DNA of 63,465 nt, the filler included, from Conidiobolus incongruus B7586 (lineage: Eukaryota): NCBI GenBank assembly GCA_000697335.1. It is 7 parts of 7 records of this genome, joined end to end, with 100 filler letters (N's around TTAATTAATTAA, not from the genome) between each part and the next. Parts side by side here need not be neighbours in the genome. Positions count along the whole stretch, not along the records: positions 54,463 to 56,398 come from JNEM01006313.1; positions 56,499 to 63,465 come from JNEM01006316.1; 5 more parts are not named here. One strand, given 5' to 3'. The notes under the pieces were generated by a model. It did not search any database. It worked only from the letters and a program-made list of their open reading frames with translations, and was not told the origin of the DNA. Below, in pieces: positions 55,050 through 63,465 of the stretch. Position 1 is the first letter of the stretch, and every line of letters begins with the position of its first letter. The position numbers and the translations under genes are program-made.

Positions 55050-56398
55050 AACACATTCTTTAGATTTTTACAAACAGATATATTAAGCTAAAATGTTTTG
55101 AATATTTTTTATTGGTTCTTATATAGCTTTTATAATAAGATCATATATTTATTTTATATAAAAATAAAGCTTATTCCTAATAAATTTAGATTTAATTATA
55201 TAATCAATATAGTATTTTTTTTTCTATTTTAATTAATAATTAAATCTAGTTTTGGGACTTTTAATCAACTAAGATAAATATTAAAATCTTTAAAATAAGG
55301 CTTAATATTAGGTATATAAAAGATAAAGTTAATCCTTATAGTTAAAGATAATTCTAAGATAATATTTTTAAAATTTTAATCAATTAATTAAATTTTATAG
55401 GGGTTATAATATAAAGATAAGTATTTTGGATTTAAACTTGATATAAATATAGTAAATTTAAGAACAGATTCTTTTAAGTAAATTTATATATTAGTTTTAT
55501 ATTTAAAAAATTTCTAGATAGCTTTAAATATTATTGTTTTATAATTATTTAGTTTTTTTTCTAAGTTATATTTAATAAATCAATTAATATATTTGATATT
55601 AGATTAAAATTCAATAATATAAAAAGATAAATTGATTTAAAGTTTTAAAGAGATTTCTAAATTAAGATACTTATTATATTTAAAGATATAAAAGTTAAAA
55701 CCTATTAACCTATTAATAAAGATATTTAATAAGTATTAGAGTTAATAGATATTATTATCCCAATTTAATTAATTAGTGTTAATATAAGCTTTAATTATTT
55801 ATTTTAAGGTTTTTATAATTATTTTAGTTAGTTTGTTAGTTTGGTGATAATTAATAATAAATGTAATTAAGTTAATCTAAAGGGATAAGGATATTAATTT
55901 TTAAAATCAGGAATTAAATTATATATCTCTATTAGATATAATAATTTGTAAAATTTTATAATAGGTAAAAATATTAAAGTATAATGATTATATAGTATTT
56001 TTAATTATAAAAGTTTTAAAATAAAAAATAAAATCAATATATTTAAAAAAATAAATAAAAATTAATAAGATATAATTATTATTAATAAACTTAAAGATTT
56101 TTATAAAATTAATTTAGATTTGTTATTAAATCTTATTAAAAACTTATAAGGGAATAAGTTTATTATATTTTAATTAAGTATCATATTTGGTTTTTTAATA
56201 TACATTATAGTATTAATATATTTCTATATTAATTTAACTAAGAAAAGCTAATAATATTTTATTTTGATTTTTTCAGCAATCTTTAACTAATTTTAATAAT
56301 TTTTAATAGGTAAGTTATATCATTTATTAAATTTTATTTATTAAATCTTAAGATAATTAAGAATATATAGGCAACTATAATAATATCATAAGTTATCA
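55050..56398 (-). pseudogene. Hypermutated Ty3/Gypsy (chromovirus) pol relic: integrase + GPY/F + chromodomain
   Basis: Minus-strand translation YY*L (YYWP), YNVY*KTK (CDVCQKTK), LIPL*VFNKI**QI*INF (LIPLQVPDKIWQQIQIDF), YKILQIIISNRDI*F (HGIPQIIVSDRDTQF), YHQTNKLTK (HHQTDGLTE, D35E spacing), NWDNN, IGFNFY (TGFSPY), NPYKI (GPYKI), FYIK*...AI*EPIKN (FYVKW...ATWEPIEN). These motifs are restored by reversing C>T/G>A. Confidence 0.85.
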
Positions 56399-56504
56399 NN
56401 NNNNNNNNNNNNNNNNNNNNNNNNNNNNNNNNNNNNNNNNNNTTAATTAATTAANNNNNNNNNNNNNNNNNNNNNNNNNNNNNNNNNNNNNNNNNNNNTA
56501 TATA

Positions 56505-58074
56505 TACTAACCTGTTAAAATAAATTATTAAATTAAAATATATATATATTTTAATTAATAATTTAAATAATTATATATATTAGATTTCCTAAAACTATAA
56601 TATTTAATTAAAATATATTATTTAATAATAAATAAATATATTTAAATATATTTAGTAAACTATTAGCAAAAATATTAATTATTAAATTTAACTAAAATAA
56701 GTTAGAAATTTGTGGGTTTTTAAGATAAAGGGATATATTTAATATTATATAACCATATCTTTTTCTCTCTTTGTTATTATTTTATATAATATTTTATAGA
56801 TATACTAAATTTTTTTTATTAGTATTATTATGCTTAAATCCCTTTCTAAAAAAATTCACTTATATATTAATTAACTTTATAAAAAAGATAAATTAACTTA
56901 TAATATTATTAGAATTACTAGTGTTAGCTAGTTTACTATAGTTAAGGTTGTTAAAAATAACAATAAAAACATAATTAAACTTAAACTTAAATGTGTTAAA
57001 ATTATAAATAAACATAATAAGAAATATATCTATAAGTTAATTAATACACACAAGTATAATATTATAATAAAAATATAATAGGAACTATAAGATTATATAA
57101 AAATATTAGTTAATATTGATATTATTATATATATTTTATATTAACATAGATACCACTTATATCTTAAGAAAAAACATCTTTAACTAAAGAAATCCTATTA
57201 TAAAGCTAGATAAGAGTTTAAATGTTATTATTAATATTAAATTAAAACTAATTAGAGTAAAGCTATTTAATTCAATTAAACAAAAATATACCTTAGTAAA
57301 TTTAATAAAAAAGCTAGATATTCTAAAAAAAATATAAAACTATTTTATAATTATTATGTTAATTTTACCCAAAAATATAATAATAAGTTAATTATTATTT
57401 AGAGATATATATTATCTTTAAGTATAAGATATCTTTATAAAATTAATAAGGGAATTAATATTAAGATATACTAAAGTATTTTAAATAATAAATTGATAAA
57501 AACTATTAAATAGTATAAGTATAATAAATCTGATGTTATTTTTTAATAAGATAATATTTCTTACTATATTATAGCTTTTATTATTAAATAGCTTAAAAAT
57601 AACAAAATAATAGTTATAAAGTAATTTTTTTAATCTTTTAACTTTAACTTAATTAGATACTTATAAAATTAGTTAAAAAAAGTTATTAAAGCTTTCCTTT
57701 TAATAAAAGATTTAGATTAGTTTTAAGAATATGTTTAAAAAGTATAAAACAAGATTAACCCTTCTTAGTATAAGAATTTAGTTGATTCTATACCCTATAA
57801 ACTTAAAAAAGTTAGAAAAGCTAAAAGTAGATACATTAGGTTTTAATTTTTTTATCATTAAAAATCTATAAATTTATAACTTACCTTAAGTAAAATTTAA
57901 GGGTTTATATTTTAACCAATTAATAACTAAATATCATCATTTAATGATATTTATTATTAATAAATATAATAGATTTTAATTATTTAATTTAAGTTTATTT
58001 TATTAAATATTAATTTAATTATTAGTAAAAATATAAGTGTTTTTGATTTTATGACTTATATTTACATGTTAATA
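56505..58074 (+). mobile_element. Full-length Tc1-family (DD34E) DNA transposon, hypermutated, ~1.57 kb
   Basis: Imperfect ~33-bp TIRs (left TACTAACCTGTTAAAATAAATTATTAAATTAAAA; right, reverse complement, TATTAACATGTAAATATAAGTCATAAAATCAAAA) embedded in TA runs, enclosing a transposase pseudogene. Confidence 0.8.
56830..57846 (+). pseudogene. Tc1 transposase pseudogene, 338 codons, single frame, 28 internal TAA/TAG stops
   Basis: ATG 56830 to TAA 57846 with no frameshift. Motifs after reverting transitions: HTH GKSTRDIARITGVSQSTV, DWSKAIWSD, KHGGGS..VWGCM, GVGYLCKID, FQQDNASCH, WPPQSPDLNPI, LVDSMP..L..V.KAKGGYT; 34 codons between D(57550) and the E position (57655). Confidence 0.9.
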
Positions 58075-59149
58075 TATATATATATATGTAATCTAAAACT
58101 ATATAATTTTTTATTTATTTTGTATATATTTGTATATTTAAAATTAATGATATATTTGAAATATCAGTAATTAAAAATTTTCTATTATTTTAAATTCAAT
58201 ATAATAGTAATAATATATTTTAAATTATATAATATGAATAAATACCTTTATTTCTTGATATATATATAAATAGAATCTCGCATTTTAAATAATTCTACCT
58301 AATATTGGTTATATATTGATTTTACTTGAATTTCATATTAATTTATTAAATAAAAAAGATATTACCTAATTCCCTGAACATAAGTATAATTATTATATAA
58401 ATACTAATTATAAATGAGAAAAATTATTAAATATACCTATAGAAAAAAAAGAATAATAGTTATGGCTTTGTCAAGGACCAGTTGAGTATACCAAACTTTC
58501 AAAACCAAGGAAAAAATAAGTCTTTGCAAACTAATCAACCATATAAATCAAAAATATTCATTATTTTAATAAATTAAAGTTAATTAATAAGATTTGAATA
58601 CTTAACTCCAGATTATCCTAGTTTTTGTTAAAATTATTTCTGGATTTATTTACAAAGATTTAAAAATATTATTATAAAAATATTACTTTTTTTATTAGTT
58701 TTAAATATTTTATTTTAAACTTTCAGATTAATAATTATTAAAAAAATTAATATATATATAAAATTATTTTTTTAATTTTTTTTTTCAAATATAATTATAA
58801 TGAAAAAAATTATTAATTTTTAAAATTTAAAATATTTAAATTTAATATAATATTATATATTATTAATTTAATTTTTTAAATATTTAATAATATAAAAAAT
58901 TATGTAAATTGATAATTTTTATTAAAACTTTTATATGTCAAATTTATTTATCAATTTGTGATATGATTAATATAATTTTAATTTTAATTAATATTTTAAA
59001 TTAATTTTTTTATTGCAAATAAATTGCTCTTTATTAGAGTATTGTTCAACTTCATTTTATTAAATTGTTCAAGTTTGAAAAATTAAGACGGTACTAAGAG
59101 ATTAGAATAATATGAATGGACAGATAAACACAGTTTATCGTGAGCAATT

Positions 59150-60409
59150 TCAGTGAGTCTTCTTTGGTTGATGCCCAGTTGCTGTCTTGGATACAGGTGG
59201 CTTATTGGATGTTCCTGTGTTCTTTGGACCACTGGCTTTTGGTCCATTTAAACTTGTAGGATTGGTGGTCTTGGGAGTTTTAGCGTTGGAATCCTTTGTC
59301 TTAGTTGGGCCAGTTACTTTGGATTTGTTTCCGGTCAAACCGTTCCTCAGTTTTGTGATGATACCTTCTTTCTTCTTCTTGAAGGGTTGACAAGTGTGAC
59401 TAGCCTTAGCACCAAAACCAAATTTATGATGATCGATTTTGAAATCTAAAGCATTTTTCATTTCACCAAATCCACAATCGGGATCTTCGTCATATGCTTG
59501 ACTGCATTCTTTGAATTGTGTAGTACCATCTTGTTGGGTAGAGTGAGTGTGGAATTCAACGGGAATATGGACATATTTCAAAAAACGAGGAGGTACATGG
59601 CTAACAAGATCTTTTTTGTTAGTATATCTAGCAATGGGGTAGTTTAATCCTACAACATGGTTGACGAAACCGAGATCACCGATACGAGGAGCATGGTAGG
59701 AATACAGTTCGAAATGGACGCTCTTGGCCTTTAATTTAGCTGCCATATCTACGGAATGAAGCGTTGCGACAGCACCTCCTAAACTGTGACCAGAGAAAAC
59801 GACTTTGAATCCTTTGTGTTCAGGTTTGTCCAGCATTACCATCAAATACTTATTGATCTCAGCAGCATTGGATTGATAAACTTGCCAGAAACCTTGATGA
59901 ATCAAAACACCCTTTGGAGCACTTGGCATTTGAATTGGTCTTGCATTTAAATTTTTCATCCAATTGGCTAGATTTTTAGTACCTCTATGAGCAATAATGA
60001 TCTCTTTTTTTGAAGGCTCAATACCAATAATTGCAACTGTTTTTGAGTTCTTATTTTCAAATACTTGTTGGACTGTAAAATCAGGACATCCAACTACGCA
60101 CTGATATGTGTCCATTTTAGTGAAAGGACAATAAGCAAAAGTGGCATGGCTCCAATGTCTTGAAATTTCCTGCATAGGTGGGGAACGAACAGTGGTGAGG
60201 TTGGCAAGCTTAATGACAGGTGGCTCTTTTTTGATATCCAATAAACTCTGCAGTATTTTATTCGGGACAGCTAAAAAGTCAAAATATTTAGAGAAATCGG
60301 TGCCAGCGAAATTATCACCAGTATCTAAGTCAACCATTGTATGATTCGTAGCCACGGTACAACTAGCCATCATACTAATTAAAATAAGCACAAAATTAAT
60401 CAATTTCAT
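59150..60409 (-). CDS. Secreted triacylglycerol lipase (class 3) with basic low-complexity C-terminal tail
   Basis: Signal peptide; AHRGT lid, IHQGF, nucleophile elbow GHSLGG, PRIGD, DLVSHVPP, late His (DHH); C-terminal ~75 aa rich in K/T/P/G/S. Confidence 0.9.
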   Translation of the reverse strand: MKLINFVLILISMMASCTVATNHTMVDLDTGDNFAGTDFSKYFDFLAVPNKILQSLLDIKKEPPVIKLANLTTVRSPPMQEISRHWSHATFAYCPFTKMDTYQCVVGCPDFTVQQVFENKNSKTVAIIGIEPSKKEIIIAHRGTKNLANWMKNLNARPIQMPSAPKGVLIHQGFWQVYQSNAAEINKYLMVMLDKPEHKGFKVVFSGHSLGGAVATLHSVDMAAKLKAKSVHFELYSYHAPRIGDLGFVNHVVGLNYPIARYTNKKDLVSHVPPRFLKYVHIPVEFHTHSTQQDGTTQFKECSQAYDEDPDCGFGEMKNALDFKIDHHKFGFGAKASHTCQPFKKKKEGIITKLRNGLTGNKSKVTGPTKTKDSNAKTPKTTNPTSLNGPKASGPKNTGTSNKPPVSKTATGHQPKKTH

Positions 60410-63340
60410 TGTTATAACGATTATTCACCGAGCAATTTGATGAGCTTTAGTACTAAATTATCTCATATTTATATATCATTTTGTAATTAAATTATCAACG
60501 ATACCTTATTACGCCCAATACATTGATTAGGTTGAATTTTAAATATAAATTTAATAATATTCTTTAATTTCAAAGAACGAGCAATATTCCAACATTTTGT
60601 ACATCCATGTGAAAGTATTTATCTTTCATGTTCCTTTAGATTATTTCTCTTGATTAAACTTCAGTGGATATGATAAAAACCAATTAAATCAAATTTTAAA
60701 ATTCAAAAATCGACTCAGTGTAGTCCGACGTATAAGATCATTTAAATTGTTAATATAATGATTGTAGTTTATACAATGTTTTAATAATTACTAAAAAGAT
60801 TAATTAATTCGTAATCCAAAAATTATACACTATCAACCTCCCCTCCATCAAAATCCCATTAAATTAGCATATATTTGCATCACAATATTCTAATGTAAGC
60901 ATACACTGTGATAATAATTCTGGCATCCATTTAATTTTTAGGCCCATTTATCAAAAAAAGAATATTCATATTAACCTAAATTTATCTTTCAAAAACGCTT
61001 TTCTATTTAACTAAAATGAATATTTGGACTGAAGGGAATATTTTTAAATATACACTAAAAATTTTGTTTCAGAGAATTGAAAAAAATTTTATTATCCAAA
61101 TGTGTTTTGATTTAGCACCTACTGCATAAAACTGGGATAATAAAACTATTATTTAGAAAGGAAATATTTATAATTCAAAAAAAACTATTAATATTATTGA
61201 TATAATACTCAATCTGAATTTACTATAATCAATTTCTAAATTCGAACAGAAACTACTCTAAGTAAAAATTCTGGATTAATAAATTTTGAAAGATTATTAA
61301 ACAATTAACATTTTGGATCGCTAATATTGATAATATCGAACAGTTCTCGCAATTAATAACAAGATAGGGTTAATTAATATAGTAATAAAAATCAAGCATT
61401 GAAATATAATTAACTTTCCATATTCAAATAAACCAATAATTTAAATTATCTTAATTTATTCAAACAATAAATATTACTAGATATTTTCTCACAATTTTCA
61501 GCCAATTAACTTCAATTTTCAATCAATCAATATTAATAACTAGTTTTAAAGTGCGAGTTAATTCGTGTAATTCAAAAAAAATTTAAAAATTTGATAATTA
61601 TTTGAAATTTTAGCTTTTGTTAATAATTAACAGTTAATTAAATTTAAAATATCTTAGACTCTATTATTTTATACCAAAAATATTATAATTTTTATAATCA
61701 ATTTTATTGACATTTTTGTATTTTTTTTACTGAATATTAAATAATTCCGATTTTAAACTATTTTCTTTTATAATTATCATACTTCTTTTGAAATATTTGA
61801 TATTTAAATATTATTTGATTATTTAATAAAGAGGATAAAAGATTGTATTTGCTATTTGAAACTTCGATAATATACCATGTAATTAAAATTTCAATTAAAT
61901 TAATCTTCAATTAGCATGCAGATTTATGATATTATAAAACTATTGATTTTAAAATGTAATGTCGAAATATCCGGAGTCACAATCACTATAAATATTATAA
62001 AAAATGAAATACATTATTCCTATATATTATCTACTATATCTTCTACAATGTCTATTTCAACGCAGTAAATATTAACATTATAGTTTTACTATATTCCTTA
62101 GATCAAAATAACTTTCTCGAATATCTAATATATATTTATTGAAAAATTGAATTTTAAGCCATATATTAAATATCCGTAATTTCTGTTTTTGTGTATTAAC
62201 TGTCTTTGTAATTAGATATTCAATAGTAGTAATTGTAAAATATAGTGACAGAAGAGGACATTTAGTATTAATATGATATGTATACCAATAATTTTATAAT
62301 AATAATTTTAACTATAATAGTTAGTATATTTAAATTATACTTAGCAACATTATTTTATGATATTGCAATCATATTTGATACAATTTTATATTTGCCATTA
62401 TTCACATAATCATTATTCTTTACCATAAACTATCATTGAAATTCGTAAAATAATATAAATATTCATAAAACTTTTTAATGCACAATATGTAAGTTATTTT
62501 AAAAAACAATTAATTTATATCACTAGTCTATGAGCTGATATAATATATAACACATAATTATAACATTCTTTTTATTCACCATAACTAGGAAATGTTTATT
62601 TCAACAGGGGGTAGAAAATTTACTCATATTTTGATTATACCAAAAGCAATGTGAATGAATTTCACATTTAATATAAATATGATTCCACTATATAATAACT
62701 CTATTCAACAGCATATTAAATTTTCACTATTGTATTAAATAATTCAAAGGTTTTATATTTTGAAAAAATTTGAAAGACCAAAATTGAGATATTTTACTTA
62801 TATTATGGAGCTATATTTGACATCCTTAATAATTATTTTGATTATTATATTAATTAATTATATTTTATAAAGCTCAGTCACTCGATTGTTTATAATAATT
62901 ACATCTTTTACATCATTTAATCCAATTTCAGTCTTTGTCAAATATTATATTCTTTGTTAATATTATACACTATATAACAACTCTTTTAATAATTTTTTAT
63001 TTTATTGATATTATATAAACATAATATATTTTTGATTTTTAATATTATAATTTTATAAAATAAAGTAATATAACTTAATTATTGAATTATTTCAAATAAA
63101 AAAATATCTAATAATTTAGTCCAATAAAATTATTAAAGATAATATCAAAAAAATTAATATTTGAAATTAAAATAAATTAATTATATTTATAATAGTAAGG
63201 CAAGTTCAAAATAGTTATAGATTCTTATATTTTATAAATTTACCAAACATTATATTTAATATAAATGAACTATTATTTTAAATTTAAAAAGCTTTAAATA
63301 GCTATTTTATAAATAAATGGATCAAGATTTATTTTGATAA

Positions 63341-63465
63341 TATTACCTTGAATTTGAAATAATGGGAAATTTTTTAATTTCCAATTTTTCAAACATATTA
63401 TTAGTTTGAAATGAATAAATATATACAAAGTTAATAGGAAATTATATATTTTTAATATATATATA
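63341..63465 (+). repeat. Second copy of the mariner left end (TIR + subterminal region)
   Basis: 125 nt identical to 47372-47496 except one G/A difference (47414 vs 63383, at a CpG); runs to the window end. Confidence 0.85.

Noticed and set aside
24605..56498. Six identical TTAATTAATTAA motifs within N runs, resembling a regular repeat
   Set aside because: Artificial six-frame-stop contig spacers, not biological; they also make cross-gap adjacency uncertain.
7849..58088. Scattered (TA)n and (TAA)n microsatellites; searched for CRISPR-like or long tandem arrays
   Set aside because: Ordinary for an AT-rich eukaryote; no repeat-spacer array seen.

Overview
AT-rich (~80%) eukaryotic DNA with short (~47-63 nt) GT-AG introns. 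The gene content is fungal; an early-diverging lineage such as Entomophthoromycotina/Conidiobolus is my inference, not proven. Six artificial 100-nt N/TTAATTAATTAA/N spacers split the window into 7 contigs. Genes: three paralogous GPI-type Ser/Thr-rich proteins sharing an unrecognised 4-Cys N-terminal domain, NDUFA4/MLRQ-like, NDUFB10, sulfide:quinone oxidoreductase, an unknown tail-anchored protein, Coa1-like, RAI1/DXO, a partial OSCA/TMEM63 channel, an ERD2 with a rewired ligand pocket, a Ras GTPase, an arrestin-like protein, a class 3 lipase, and two identical tRNA-Val(AAC). Mobile DNA: two solo-LTR families, one carrying a conserved ORF that reads out through the LTR end, and a DD34D mariner. 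The main hidden signal is at 54.5-58.1 kb, where the ORF track is empty. It holds a full-length Tc1 (DD34E) transposase and a chromoviral Ty3/Gypsy integrase plus chromodomain, both erased almost entirely by C>T/G>A transitions with reading frames and catalytic spacing preserved. This is the signature of a RIP-like repeat-hypermutation defence in an apparently non-Dikarya fungus.
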